64,000 nt of DNA from NCBI GenBank assembly GCA_023898605.1, contig CP060230.1, forward strand, positions 387,697 to 451,696. Reading direction: 5' to 3'. The first letter of the stretch is position 1; every line of letters begins with the position of its first letter. This document shows, in pieces, positions 28,772-38,759 of this stretch. Below the pieces are notes generated by a model, which had not been told where the DNA came from, searched no databases, and saw only the letters and a list, made by a program, of their open reading frames with translations. The stretch is from Candidatus Nomurabacteria bacterium (GTDB lineage Bacteria > Patescibacteriota > Minisyncoccia > Phycocordibacterales > UBA9973). A program made the position numbers and the translations under genes.

Positions 28772-30892
28772 ATGGCAAGAAAAAAAAGAAAGAAAAGAGG
28801 ATCTATTTTTAGCGGCAACGCTTCCCCAAAGACCAAGAAAGCTGTACTAGGGACAGCTTGTATAATTTTAGGAATATTTGTTTTACTATCGTTTTTTGAT
28901 GGTGCAGGAGTGAGTGGAGAATTTGTCCAAAAGTTCTTCCTGGGAGTATTTGGAAAAGGATACTATATATTACCTTTTATATTGTTTTTATTCTCCTTTT
29001 CTTTGTTCAAAGAAACAGGTGAAGAAAAAAGAGTTGGCTTAACTCACGGCATATATTCTCTCATCATATTTCTGGCAATACTGGGAATAATATATGCTAC
29101 AAACCAAAGTACTCTAAACAGTGGTTATGCAGGACTAGTACTAGGATACCCATTTGTAAAACTTCTCGGCGTATATGCTGGAATAATATTTATGGGCGGA
29201 CTTATAATAATGTCTATGTTTTTACTCTTTGATAAGGTTCCAGATTTCAGCACTATACACAAAAAACTATTTTCTTCTTTTTCTATGAATATAAAGAAGG
29301 GTGATGATTTCGAAGAAGAGGAAGAAGATGATAGTAACGCCCTAATTGTAGAAGAAGATGAAGAAGAAGTAGAAGAAGAAGACGTAGAAGATGAAGAAGA
29401 CGTAGAAGAAAAAGAAGAAGAATTCAAAGCAAAACCAGTCAGGGTTTCCAGAAACTATACACCGCCACCACTGTCACTGCTTGGAGATGACGAAGGAAAA
29501 CCTAGAGTTGGTGACATAAAAGCTAATGCAAATATCATACAAAGAACCTTGGCAAACTTTGGTATACAGGTAGAAATGGACGAAATAACAGTTGGTCCTA
29601 CAGTTACTCAATACGCCCTAAAACCAGCCGAAGGAGTAAAATTGTCTAAAATAGCAGCTCTTCAGAACGACCTTGCTCTAGCACTAGCTGCCCACCCTAT
29701 CAGAATGGAGTTACCTATTCCAGGTAAATCTCTCGTTGGTATAGAAATCCCAAACAAGAGTAAAACCATAGTTGGCCTAGGATCACTTCTAAAGGGTAAA
29801 GAATTCTTGGAAAACCCAAACCCACTTACAGTAGGTCTTGGTAGAAGTGTTTCTGGAAAAGGTGCGTATATGAACCTAGCCAAGGCTCCTCACGCCCTGA
29901 TTGCTGGTACAACTGGTTCTGGTAAGAGCGTTATGATACACAACCTTATAACCTCTCTTCTCTATAAAAACGGCCCAGAAGACCTAAAAATGATACTTGT
30001 TGACCCAAAAAGAGTTGAACTTACCCTATATAAGAATATCCCCCACCTTCTATCTCCTGTAATAACTGACGCAAAAAAGTGTGTTCTTGCTCTCAAGTGG
30101 GCAGCCCAAGAAATGGAAAAAAGATACGATGTACTCCAACAATACTCTGTAAGAGATATATCTTCCTATAGAAAAAATATCCAAGAGAAAAACAAGGGAA
30201 ATGATGCGATATATCAAATGCCTTATATAGTCATAATTATAGATGAGCTGGCTGATATAATGCAGGCATATCCTAGAGAACTAGAGTCAGCCATTGTAAG
30301 ACTTGCACAGATGTCCAGAGCTGTCGGTATACACCTTGTTCTCTCAACACAAAGACCTGAAGTAAATGTCATAACGGGACTAATCAAGGCAAACGTACCT
30401 ACAAGACTAGCGTTTAGAGTTCCTACCCAAGTCGACTCTAGAACTATTCTAGACTCAGCTGGAGCAGAAAAACTACTCGGTTCTGGAGACATGCTTTATT
30501 TCTCTGGTGAAGGAAGTCCTGTTAGGCTCCAATCCCCTTTCGTGCCAGAAGATCAAGTAAAGAGTGTTGTTTCTTATATAAGAGATGCATTCAAAGACGA
30601 ACTTCCTGACGAGATAGAGTTTTCTGGAAGCGTATCTAGTGAAAAAACTATATTTGACTCAGCCGGAAGCGATGATGACGATGATCTATATGAAGAAGCT
30701 AGAGAAATAGTTATAGATTCACAGAAAGCATCGACTTCATTCCTACAAAGAAAACTAAAAATAGGCTACTCTAGAGCTGCGAGGCTAATGGACATCCTAG
30801 AAGAAAGAGGTGTTGTCGGACCAGCAGATGGTTCAAAACCTAGAGAAGTTCTAGAAAAGAGCCTGTCCGAAGAAAGAGGAGAATACGAATAA
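28772..30892 (+). CDS. ftsK: DNA translocase FtsK/SpoIIIE
   Basis: N-terminal TM helices, an acidic linker, the Walker A GTTGSGKSV and a gamma domain FLQRKLKIGYSRAARLMDILE. Confidence 0.9.
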   Translation: MARKKRKKRGSIFSGNASPKTKKAVLGTACIILGIFVLLSFFDGAGVSGEFVQKFFLGVFGKGYYILPFILFLFSFSLFKETGEEKRVGLTHGIYSLIIFLAILGIIYATNQSTLNSGYAGLVLGYPFVKLLGVYAGIIFMGGLIIMSMFLLFDKVPDFSTIHKKLFSSFSMNIKKGDDFEEEEEDDSNALIVEEDEEEVEEEDVEDEEDVEEKEEEFKAKPVRVSRNYTPPPLSLLGDDEGKPRVGDIKANANIIQRTLANFGIQVEMDEITVGPTVTQYALKPAEGVKLSKIAALQNDLALALAAHPIRMELPIPGKSLVGIEIPNKSKTIVGLGSLLKGKEFLENPNPLTVGLGRSVSGKGAYMNLAKAPHALIAGTTGSGKSVMIHNLITSLLYKNGPEDLKMILVDPKRVELTLYKNIPHLLSPVITDAKKCVLALKWAAQEMEKRYDVLQQYSVRDISSYRKNIQEKNKGNDAIYQMPYIVIIIDELADIMQAYPRELESAIVRLAQMSRAVGIHLVLSTQRPEVNVITGLIKANVPTRLAFRVPTQVDSRTILDSAGAEKLLGSGDMLYFSGEGSPVRLQSPFVPEDQVKSVVSYIRDAFKDELPDEIEFSGSVSSEKTIFDSAGSDDDDDLYEEAREIVIDSQKASTSFLQRKLKIGYSRAARLMDILEERGVVGPADGSKPREVLEKSLSEERGEYE

Positions 30893-30893
30893 A

Positions 30894-31244
30894 ATGCCTA
30901 AAAAAATTAAAGAAAAATATACCCCAATAATCATAACCTTGTTTTTCACTACCCTTTTTGGAGTCTTTATACTTCATAACACAAAAGCCTTTAGAAAAGG
31001 TGTCGTAATAGAGGTAAACGATATAGAAAACGGCCAGAGCTTCTATGAAGACTATATAAACGTGTCAGGACAAGCAAAACACAGCTCGGAATTCTACATA
31101 AATGGCCGTGTAGTTAACACGACACTAGAAGGAGAATTTGGATCTTTTCAAGTGTTAAACGACGGAGTCAATATGTTAGTATTAGAATCAGAAGACAAGT
31201 TTGGAAACAGGTCCAAAAAAGAATTTATTATCTATAAGTACTAA
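30894..31244 (+). CDS. small membrane-anchored hypothetical protein
   Basis: 116 aa with one N-terminal TM helix. Confidence 0.35.
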   Translation: MPKKIKEKYTPIIITLFFTTLFGVFILHNTKAFRKGVVIEVNDIENGQSFYEDYINVSGQAKHSSEFYINGRVVNTTLEGEFGSFQVLNDGVNMLVLESEDKFGNRSKKEFIIYKY

Positions 31245-31249
31245 AAAAT

Positions 31250-32311
31250 ATGCCAGCAAAAAAGAAAACAGCTACAAAAAAGGTCGTTGAAGACAAAAAA
31301 ACAGACGGAGTAAACCAAATAGAAGAAACAATAAAAAGCCTTCAGACAAAGTTTGGTGAGGGCGTAATCATGAAGCTAGGAGATGCTCCCAAAGTTGATG
31401 TAGCATCTATATCAACTGGTTCAATAGGATTAGATATGGCACTTGGAATCGGTGGTGTGCCAAGAGGAAGAATAATTGAAATATTTGGTCCTGAATCTTC
31501 TGGAAAAACAACTCTTGCCCTACACATAGTGGCAGAAGCTCAAAAGAAAGGTGGTGTATGTGCTTATATCGACGCAGAACATGCAATGGATCCTGTCTAT
31601 GCAAAAAACCTGGGTGTAAAAACTGACGAACTTCTAATCTCACAACCTGATACAGGAGAACAAGGACTAGAAATAACAGAATCTCTTGTAAGGAGTGGAA
31701 AAATAGATGTTGTTGTTATCGACTCTGTTGCCGCCCTTACTCCAAAAGATGAAATAGAGGGAGATATGGGACAAGTACATGTCGGTAAACAAGCAAGACT
31801 TATGTCTCAAGCCCTAAGAAAACTAACTGCTATCGTAGCAAGAAGTAAAACTGTTGTTATCTTTATAAACCAAATCAGAATGCAGATTGGTGTTATGTTT
31901 GGAAACCCAGAAACAACACCAGGAGGAAAAGCTCTCAAATTCTACACTTCTGTAAGACTAGACATAAGAAGAATAGCCCAAATCAAAAAAGGCGAAGAGG
32001 TTGTAGGAGGAAGAACCAGAGTCAAAGTTGTAAAAAACAAGGTTGCTGCACCGTTTAAACAAACAGAGTTCGACATAATATACGGAGAAGGTATATCTAG
32101 AGAAGGAGAAATATTAGCACTCGGAGAAAAAACTGGTGTTATCAAGAAAAGTGGTGCTTCATACTCATACATAGACAAAGACGGAGCGGAGCAAAAGCTA
32201 GACAGAGGATATGATGCAACAAGACAATTCCTAAAATCAAACAAAAAACTCGGTGACGAGATAATGAAAGAAGTTCTCAAGAAGTGGAACGAAATGCAAA
32301 AGGATAAATAG
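31250..32311 (+). CDS. recA: recombinase RecA
   Basis: GPESSGKTT Walker A, IDAEHA and VVIDSVAAL. Confidence 0.95.
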   Translation: MPAKKKTATKKVVEDKKTDGVNQIEETIKSLQTKFGEGVIMKLGDAPKVDVASISTGSIGLDMALGIGGVPRGRIIEIFGPESSGKTTLALHIVAEAQKKGGVCAYIDAEHAMDPVYAKNLGVKTDELLISQPDTGEQGLEITESLVRSGKIDVVVIDSVAALTPKDEIEGDMGQVHVGKQARLMSQALRKLTAIVARSKTVVIFINQIRMQIGVMFGNPETTPGGKALKFYTSVRLDIRRIAQIKKGEEVVGGRTRVKVVKNKVAAPFKQTEFDIIYGEGISREGEILALGEKTGVIKKSGASYSYIDKDGAEQKLDRGYDATRQFLKSNKKLGDEIMKEVLKKWNEMQKDK

Positions 32312-32385
32312 TCCCCCACTCTTGCAAATACTATCTTTTTTGTTAGGATAAAAAACGTTTAATATAGATTTTTGAATTTACTATT

Positions 32386-32970
32386 ATGGCAAAATTAGCT
32401 TACAACGAAATAAAAGAAAGAAAAATAATACTATGGAACGGTGAGCCGTTTCTAGTACTAGAATCGCACGTAGCAAGAACACAACAAAGAAAACCACAAA
32501 ACCAAGTGAAAATGAGGTCTCTAGTAAACGGAAGAGCTGTAAACGAAACATTTAGATCTTCTGACGTTGTGGATGAGGCTGACATCGAAAAGAAAGAGAC
32601 AAAGTTTATATACGAAAACAGGGGTGAATACTGGTTCTGTGATCCAGATGATCCAAAAAACAGATTCCAAATCTCGAAAGATGTTATCGGGGATCAAAAT
32701 GCAAAGTTTCTAAAAGAGAATGAAACTGTAAAATCTATGATTTTTAGAGACGGAGATAATGAACAAATAATCGGAGTTGATCTACCTATCAAAATGACAT
32801 TTGTGGTAAAAGATGCGCCTCCAAACATAAAAGGAGATACAGCAACTGGAGGAAACAAACAAGTAACACTAGAAAACGGAACAACAATACTGGTTCCCCT
32901 ATTTATAGAAGCTGGAGAAAAAGTTGTAGTAAACACTCAAACTGGAGAATACGTGGAAAGAGAAAAATAA
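32386..32970 (+). CDS. efp: elongation factor P
   Basis: 194 aa with the EF-P three-domain pattern and the KPQNQVKMRSLVNG region with a conserved Lys. Confidence 0.85.
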   Translation: MAKLAYNEIKERKIILWNGEPFLVLESHVARTQQRKPQNQVKMRSLVNGRAVNETFRSSDVVDEADIEKKETKFIYENRGEYWFCDPDDPKNRFQISKDVIGDQNAKFLKENETVKSMIFRDGDNEQIIGVDLPIKMTFVVKDAPPNIKGDTATGGNKQVTLENGTTILVPLFIEAGEKVVVNTQTGEYVEREK

Positions 32971-32971
32971 G

Positions 32972-33910
32972 ATGCTTTCTAAAACAAAATCTATATATAC
33001 AATTCTTATAACACTTATAATTTTGTTTGGAGTTTTGGTTATATTACAAAAAAAAGACACTGACACTAAAACACCTGAAAACCAATCGGAAACAGTCGCA
33101 GAAACACAAGAAAACACAACCTCTTCAGATATAGAAATAATTTACGAAGATGGACTAGATGTAAAAAGTGAAAAAAATATATATTACAACTCTGAAAAAG
33201 AATTAGATATTTATTATCCAGCAAAATCAGGATCTTACCCTCTTGTTATGTGGTTTTCTGGAGGAAATGGTAATTCAAAATCAAACAGTGAAGACATAGC
33301 AAAAGAAATAGCGAGTTACGGATTTGTTGTTGTGGCAACAAACTATGGAGAATCAGATTTGTCTATTTCTGGAGAAGGAAGAATACGAAACGCTCTTTCT
33401 GCTGCAGACTACGTATGGAAAAATGCCTCAAAATACAAAATTGATACCTCAAAAAATGTATTGGCTGGAGGAACATCGTTTGGAGGAATAATATCTTCTC
33501 TCTTTGGAACCATAACAAACGAACCGGGATTTAACACTTACAATATAAGCTCTAGAATTGGTGGCGTGGTAGACATGTTTGGATCAGTAGAACTAAACCC
33601 GGATGCCTCAAAAGCAAATGTCGCCTTTTCATCTCTATTTGGTTGTGAAAACCCGTATTCTTGTCCGCAAGCAGATATACTCAGAGTCTCCCAATATATA
33701 AATAGTTCTGACGTACCATTTTTAATAATACATGGACTTCTAGACAATACCTCTGACCCACAACAGTCAATAAACCTAAAAAATACTCTTGACTCTAAAA
33801 ACATAGAAGCGACTCTCATACTAGACGAAGACAATAAACACGATTCAGAAATGGCATTTGAATATATAGACCAAATAATAAATTTCTTTAGAGAAAAATC
33901 TATTTATTAG
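32972..33910 (+). CDS. alpha/beta hydrolase (esterase/dienelactone-hydrolase-like), N-terminally membrane anchored
   Basis: GGTSFGG nucleophile elbow and a C-terminal HD pair. Confidence 0.55.
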   Translation: MLSKTKSIYTILITLIILFGVLVILQKKDTDTKTPENQSETVAETQENTTSSDIEIIYEDGLDVKSEKNIYYNSEKELDIYYPAKSGSYPLVMWFSGGNGNSKSNSEDIAKEIASYGFVVVATNYGESDLSISGEGRIRNALSAADYVWKNASKYKIDTSKNVLAGGTSFGGIISSLFGTITNEPGFNTYNISSRIGGVVDMFGSVELNPDASKANVAFSSLFGCENPYSCPQADILRVSQYINSSDVPFLIIHGLLDNTSDPQQSINLKNTLDSKNIEATLILDEDNKHDSEMAFEYIDQIINFFREKSIY

Positions 33911-33920
33911 ACAAAACAAA

Positions 33921-33945
33921 AACCCGAGATGTCTCGGGTTTTTGT
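33921..33945. terminator. bidirectional rho-independent terminator between convergent genes
   Basis: aaaa-cccgaga-tg-tctcggg-ttttt. Confidence 0.65.
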
Positions 33946-33955
33946 TTTATAAAGA

Positions 33956-34162
33956 TTAGTTTGATCTATCGATAAACGGTAGTAATCCCATGAATCTAGC
34001 TCTTTTTACAGCAAGAGCTATTTTTCTCTGATTTTTAGAAGAAAGGCCATTTCTTCCTCTCTTTTGGATTCTTCCGTTAGGATTTAGAAACTTTTTTAGT
34101 ATTTCAACATCCTTGTAGTCAACATGCTTTATGTTATTTGATGAGAAAAAATCTTGTTTCAT
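33956..34162 (-). CDS. rpsR: 30S ribosomal protein S18
   Basis: KRGRNGLSSKNQRKIALAVKRARFMGLLPF. Confidence 0.9.
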   Translation of the reverse strand: MKQDFFSSNNIKHVDYKDVEILKKFLNPNGRIQKRGRNGLSSKNQRKIALAVKRARFMGLLPFIDRSN

Positions 34163-34209
34163 TTCTGATAATTAATTTAATTAAGGGTGATAATATGCTG
34201 TTTCAGGAA

Positions 34210-34674
34210 CTAAAAAGGAATATCTTCTAGATTATTATCTTCTTCTGGATACTCTATAGCATCGATTCCTTCCATTGCGTCATTTCCCATATCTTGGTTA
34301 TCTTCTGCTGGTGCAGATGGTGCTGATTGCCCCATTCCTACACCTCCGGCTCTTGGGCCGAACTGGAAGTTTTCTACAACTATTTCAGTTCTATATCTTT
34401 TTGATCCGTCTTGGGCATCCCAACTTCTTGTTTGTATTCTTCCCTCTATATAGAGAGATGAACCTTTCTTGGCATATTGACCGATAACTTCAGCCAATCT
34501 TCCGAAAGCAACAGCGTTGTGATACTCAACTGATTCTTTTTTGTTGCCGTCTTGATCCTTATAAGATCTGTTTGTCGCCAAAGCTAGACTTGCAACTTTC
34601 AGTCCTGAAGGAAGTGATTTTATTTCGGGATCCCTTGTTAGGTTTCCCATGATGATTGCTTTGTTTATATTCAT
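34210..34674 (-). CDS. ssb: single-stranded DNA-binding protein
   Basis: OB-fold N-terminus NKAIIMGNLTRDPE, a Gly-rich tail and the C-terminal DIPF. Confidence 0.9.
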   Translation of the reverse strand: MNINKAIIMGNLTRDPEIKSLPSGLKVASLALATNRSYKDQDGNKKESVEYHNAVAFGRLAEVIGQYAKKGSSLYIEGRIQTRSWDAQDGSKRYRTEIVVENFQFGPRAGGVGMGQSAPSAPAEDNQDMGNDAMEGIDAIEYPEEDNNLEDIPF

Positions 34675-34726
34675 AAATACAGGTTTTTTGATTAAGAGTA
34701 ATTTGAGCGACTTTTAATCAATTGTA

Positions 34727-35215
34727 CTATATTTCTGATTTAGATTCATCAGAATCACCTTCGTCTAGAAGTTCGTCTATTTTTGCATCAACTTCTTCTT
34801 CGTTGATAGGCGCTGACTCCTCTTTTGGAGCTCTTCTCTTTCTTGTAGACTCTTTTGTTTCTGTAAATTTCTTTGGAGCTAGAGTGTTTTCTTTGACAGT
34901 CTTAACGATAAGATATCTCAAAACATCTATATTTTTCTCCATAAGCTCTTTGACTTCATCCATTTTATCGGCTGAAATCTCAAACTTTATCCAAGCAAAA
35001 TAAGCCTTATTGAAATAAAAGTTCTTGTTGTCTCGAACTTTTTTCATTTCATACGCAAGGTTTATTTCTTTTGGCATTTCTTCAGATATAAAAGAAGCAC
35101 CTTTTGACTCAAGAGAAGCCTTGATATCACCAAAACTTTTGGCAACGTTTTCTTCTCCAATGTCTGGAACAAGGTTAAAAGCAACCTCGTAAACCTTCAT
35201 TTCTTTTTCTTCCAT
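34727..35215 (-). CDS. rpsF: 30S ribosomal protein S6 with an acidic C-terminal tail
   Basis: MKVYEVAFNLVPD start; classic rpsF-ssb-rpsR order. Confidence 0.85.
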   Translation of the reverse strand: MEEKEMKVYEVAFNLVPDIGEENVAKSFGDIKASLESKGASFISEEMPKEINLAYEMKKVRDNKNFYFNKAYFAWIKFEISADKMDEVKELMEKNIDVLRYLIVKTVKENTLAPKKFTETKESTRKRRAPKEESAPINEEEVDAKIDELLDEGDSDESKSEI

Positions 35216-35326
35216 TTTGAAAAATTTTTAAAACTTGTAAGTTCCAACTCGGACCATAGTCAGAAAAACTGACTCGCGATCTCTGGTCAGTCAGAGATCG
35301 GATGGAACAGAAACAATCTAACAGAA
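35216..35326 (-). promoter_or_regulatory. structured rpsF 5' leader / tatD terminator region (candidate S6:S18 autoregulatory leader)
   Basis: 9-bp hairpin cgatctctg/cagagatcg (35277-35300) and gtcag/ctgac hairpin (35259-35272) just upstream of rpsF. Confidence 0.3.
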
Positions 35327-36130
35327 TTAGGCCTTTATGTCAAAAAACCTCTTTGCGTTCTCGTTTAGAGTATTTCGGACGAATTCCTCGTCTAGGCCCT
35401 TTATACGGGCGATTGACTTGTAGACCTCTTCTACCATCCAAGGCATACAAGTCTTGCCTCTATAAGGCGCTGGGGCCGCATATGGGGCATCTGTTTCGGT
35501 CATTATAGACTCTATAGGTAGAAACTCTATAACCTCGTCGTAATCACCAGAAAACGTAATAGGGCCATCAAAACTCATAGTAAAACCCGATTTTTGTGCC
35601 CTTTCTGCAATGTCTTTATTTCCTACAAAAAAGTGAAAATTTGCCCTTATTTTATTATCAAGAGAAAGGTTAGTTTCTTCCAATATATCTAGTACGTCTT
35701 CATAAGCGTCCATGCTTCCCTTGCTTGGTCTTGCGTGAATCATGAGAGGTTTGTTTACTGTCTTTGCAATATCTATATGTTTTTTGAAAATCTCTTTCTG
35801 AATTTTCTTCATTTCTTCGTCCTGGTTTCTAAAATAATCCAAACCACACTCACCTATTGCTAGAGTCTTTGGATTTTGTGCGAGTTCTAGAAATTTTTCA
35901 TAATCAAATGGTTCTTTTGTGTCGGTAGGATGCATTCCTATAGATGCACCAATACAAACGTCGCTATGCCTTTCTGAAATATCTAAAGCGAGTTTTGAAG
36001 AAACTAATCCAGTACCTATAGTTATAGTCACTACAGATTTTTCTCTCATATCCGAAACAACGCTCTTTTCTTCTTCTAAGAGCGGTGAAAGGTTTAAGTG
36101 TGAGTGTATATCAATATATTTGAAATTCAT
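35327..36130 (-). CDS. tatD: TatD-family metal-dependent hydrolase (DNase)
   Basis: IDIHSHL N-terminus, 267 aa, TIM-barrel pattern. Confidence 0.85.
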   Translation of the reverse strand: MNFKYIDIHSHLNLSPLLEEEKSVVSDMREKSVVTITIGTGLVSSKLALDISERHSDVCIGASIGMHPTDTKEPFDYEKFLELAQNPKTLAIGECGLDYFRNQDEEMKKIQKEIFKKHIDIAKTVNKPLMIHARPSKGSMDAYEDVLDILEETNLSLDNKIRANFHFFVGNKDIAERAQKSGFTMSFDGPITFSGDYDEVIEFLPIESIMTETDAPYAAPAPYRGKTCMPWMVEEVYKSIARIKGLDEEFVRNTLNENAKRFFDIKA

Positions 36131-36132
36131 CT

Positions 36133-37149
36133 TTAGATTATGATCGGTAAATCAAATATATATTTGTCGCAAATCTGGAACAAGAAAGCTATAACAACTA
36201 GCGTTACGAGACCGAGAAGCATATGCTTGTAGTGCTTTTTCTTGAACTCAACAACAAGCATGAGGAGCATAGGAACTAGAACAAGTAGGAATAATATGCC
36301 GTACATTATTCTAAGTATTGTAGACGGACTAGCAAGATATCGATCAACCTTTGTTGAATAATATCCATCTTCTGGTAGATCGTTTTGAACTACAACTTCT
36401 TCATCCTGGATCGATACTACTGGCTCTTCTGTGCTTATATTTTCTACTGCCAAAAATGTTGGGGTATCATATATAACTTCTAGATTTTGGTCTACAGATA
36501 TTTCTTCACCTTTAACGTTCTCGGAAATTTCTTCTACTAAAATATCTTCTGTTTTTGTAGAATTAGCCAGCGCAATAGATGTACCTCTCGGTGTACCAAA
36601 CATCTGAACTACAAAAGTTGTTTTTCTACCTTTGTAATATCCAGAAGCTGTTGCAATACCTATTTCTGTAAATTTTTCGTTTAGGATATTTTGTCTGTGA
36701 AGAGTTGAATTCATCCATGCCTCATTTACGTCTTTGGATTCTGAAAAATCTACCGCCAAGTTTTCTCCAGCATAAGAAAAATCATATCCAGTTTGTTCTA
36801 TCCAATACCAAGGAGTGATACCGTCTGGAGATGTGTGGGCAAAATACTCTTTTGTCGCCATATCAGTAGCCTTGAGCTCTGCTGCCAAAACAAGTGATTC
36901 ATTTATTGTAAGTGGAGATATATTTTGATCTACTCTATCTTCGTTTGCAAGATCAACAAGTACAGATGATTGAACCAGTGCAGAAAGTGCTCCTTTTTCT
37001 ATTGCGACTTTACCAAGCATCCCAGAAATAGAGAAAATTACAGCCACAACAATAACTGCAAAAAGACCCTTTTCACCCAGAATAAGAGGCTTATGATCAT
37101 TGCCCTTGTGAGGTAAAAATGTGTCTTTTATTTTTCTCCAGAATTTCAT
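36133..37149 (-). CDS. CAP (SCP/PR-1-like) domain protein, membrane anchored
   Basis: HRQNILN and FTEIGIA motifs of the CAP/YkwD family; N- and C-terminal hydrophobic segments. Confidence 0.5.
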   Translation of the reverse strand: MKFWRKIKDTFLPHKGNDHKPLILGEKGLFAVIVVAVIFSISGMLGKVAIEKGALSALVQSSVLVDLANEDRVDQNISPLTINESLVLAAELKATDMATKEYFAHTSPDGITPWYWIEQTGYDFSYAGENLAVDFSESKDVNEAWMNSTLHRQNILNEKFTEIGIATASGYYKGRKTTFVVQMFGTPRGTSIALANSTKTEDILVEEISENVKGEEISVDQNLEVIYDTPTFLAVENISTEEPVVSIQDEEVVVQNDLPEDGYYSTKVDRYLASPSTILRIMYGILFLLVLVPMLLMLVVEFKKKHYKHMLLGLVTLVVIAFLFQICDKYIFDLPIII

Positions 37150-37187
37150 ATTATCTTTTAATTATACCACAGAATTCTACAAAAGCA

Positions 37188-37215
37188 AAAAACCCCTTAG
37201 GGGTTATTTGCTTTT
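37188..37215 (-). terminator. rho-independent terminator
   Basis: aaaaaa-cccc-ttag-gggtt-atttgctttt. Confidence 0.5.
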
Positions 37216-37237
37216 ATATTTTTATACTTAACTAACT

Positions 37238-38635
37238 TTAGTTAACATTTGGCCTAGCTAGACCTGGGCAATATTTGTTATTGATGAACCACTTTGTTGT
37301 TATGTAAACATAACCAGTAGACTGATCTATTCCCCAAGGAGAAAGGATGTCTTCTCCATACTTTTGTTGCAGATTTCTTACTGCAGCATCTGTGTTTGGT
37401 CCAAAAACACCGTCAAGTTTTAGACCAGCGCCTTCAAATATATTTAGAAAAGCTTGTAGTTTTAGAACTTCTTCTTTGCTGTTTACTCTGCCAAATCTCA
37501 TATAAGATTTTAGGTATTCAACACAAGAAGAAGAGGCGCCTAGAACTTCTCCGCTAGATGCATCTAGAAATGCACCCAGAACTTCTCCGCCATTTGAAGA
37601 AGAACTAGAACCTGATCCAGATGAGCCTGATGAACCGCCTGTTGTTATTGTTCCTTCTTCATTATTGTTGTTATCTCCATTTGGAGTATCGTCACAAGCA
37701 TCACCTATGCCGTCATTGTCAGCATCTGCCTGATCTTCGTTTGGAACACTAGGACAGTTATCACTAGAATCCTCTATTCCATCTTCGTCAGAGTCAGTTG
37801 GTTCTTGATTTTCACAAGCATCTCCAATATCATTTTCGTTTTCATCCAACTGATCTTCGTTTGGAACACTAGGACAGTTGTCTAGATCATCTGGTATACC
37901 ATCTTCATCACTATCAATCTCTTGTGTGTTTTTAACAACGACTAATCTTTTTGCCTTCGCAGTAAGAACTTCGTCTGTTGGATTACCACTATCTCTAACG
38001 CCATATCTTAGTCTATATATACCTCTTTCTGGTGTTTCTGTTATGCCATCGTTATCATATACATACTCCAAGATTCCATCATCTAGAGATCCATCTTCTT
38101 TATCTACCGCCTTGAACCAAGGGTCTATAAATGTTTGTCCAACAAACATTTTTATAATTTTACTACCATTTAGTTTTATTACGGGAGCAGTATTTTCTAG
38201 ATCTTGTTCTTCTTCATCATCAACTCTAACAACTATAACTTTTCTTGTTAGAACTTCTGAAGATTCGCCACACGAGTCCTTGGCACCATATTTTACCAAG
38301 TAATGTCCTGGAGTATTTGGATCCACTTCTTCTCCATGAATTTCTACTTCTATTTGACCGTCTTCTTTATCTTTTGCCTCTGCGCCAGGATCTTCATATG
38401 GAAACCCTTGTGGTATTTCTAATTCAGAACTACCAAACATGTGTATTACAGGTGCATTATTTTCGAAACATGGTCCCTCTGCCGGGTTTGGAGAGTTGTC
38501 TTCTTCCTCTTCTTCTTGAGGAACAACAGCTGGGTTTAGTCCCTCTTCCGCATTTGCACCTTTCAAAGAAAAAGCAAAAACAGAAAAAATCATGAAAATA
38601 AAAGCAAAAACTCCAATTAGTTTAATATTTTTCAT
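37238..38635 (-). CDS. secreted surface protein: two Ig-like (DUF5011-type) domains, two thrombospondin type-3 Ca-binding repeats, a Gly/Ser linker and a C-terminal peptidoglycan-binding domain
   Basis: signal peptide; repeated DKEDG...RYG...VVV units; DSDEDGIPDDLDNCPSVPNEDQLD occurs twice; C-terminal LKLDGVFGPNTDAAVRNLQ. Confidence 0.55.
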   Translation of the reverse strand: MKNIKLIGVFAFIFMIFSVFAFSLKGANAEEGLNPAVVPQEEEEEDNSPNPAEGPCFENNAPVIHMFGSSELEIPQGFPYEDPGAEAKDKEDGQIEVEIHGEEVDPNTPGHYLVKYGAKDSCGESSEVLTRKVIVVRVDDEEEQDLENTAPVIKLNGSKIIKMFVGQTFIDPWFKAVDKEDGSLDDGILEYVYDNDGITETPERGIYRLRYGVRDSGNPTDEVLTAKAKRLVVVKNTQEIDSDEDGIPDDLDNCPSVPNEDQLDENENDIGDACENQEPTDSDEDGIEDSSDNCPSVPNEDQADADNDGIGDACDDTPNGDNNNNEEGTITTGGSSGSSGSGSSSSSNGGEVLGAFLDASSGEVLGASSSCVEYLKSYMRFGRVNSKEEVLKLQAFLNIFEGAGLKLDGVFGPNTDAAVRNLQQKYGEDILSPWGIDQSTGYVYITTKWFINNKYCPGLARPNVN

Positions 38636-38759
38636 ATTTTTATAATAATATTATTAATAAATCTCCTCTCAAGTATAAAATATACCTTCAATACCGGAAG
38701 AATATAACAAAAGTAGCGCAGCGTCAATAAGTTTAGTGCCCTAGGAGTTTATATCTTTA

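Noticed and set aside
1790-37215. Dispersed aaaacaccc...gggtgtttt hairpins (1790, 2516, 20671, 25198, 37191) as a mobile repeat family
   Set aside because: Apart from the two identical 45-mers, they share only an A-run, a C-rich stem and a T-run, and they sit at gene ends. They are most simply independent intrinsic terminators.
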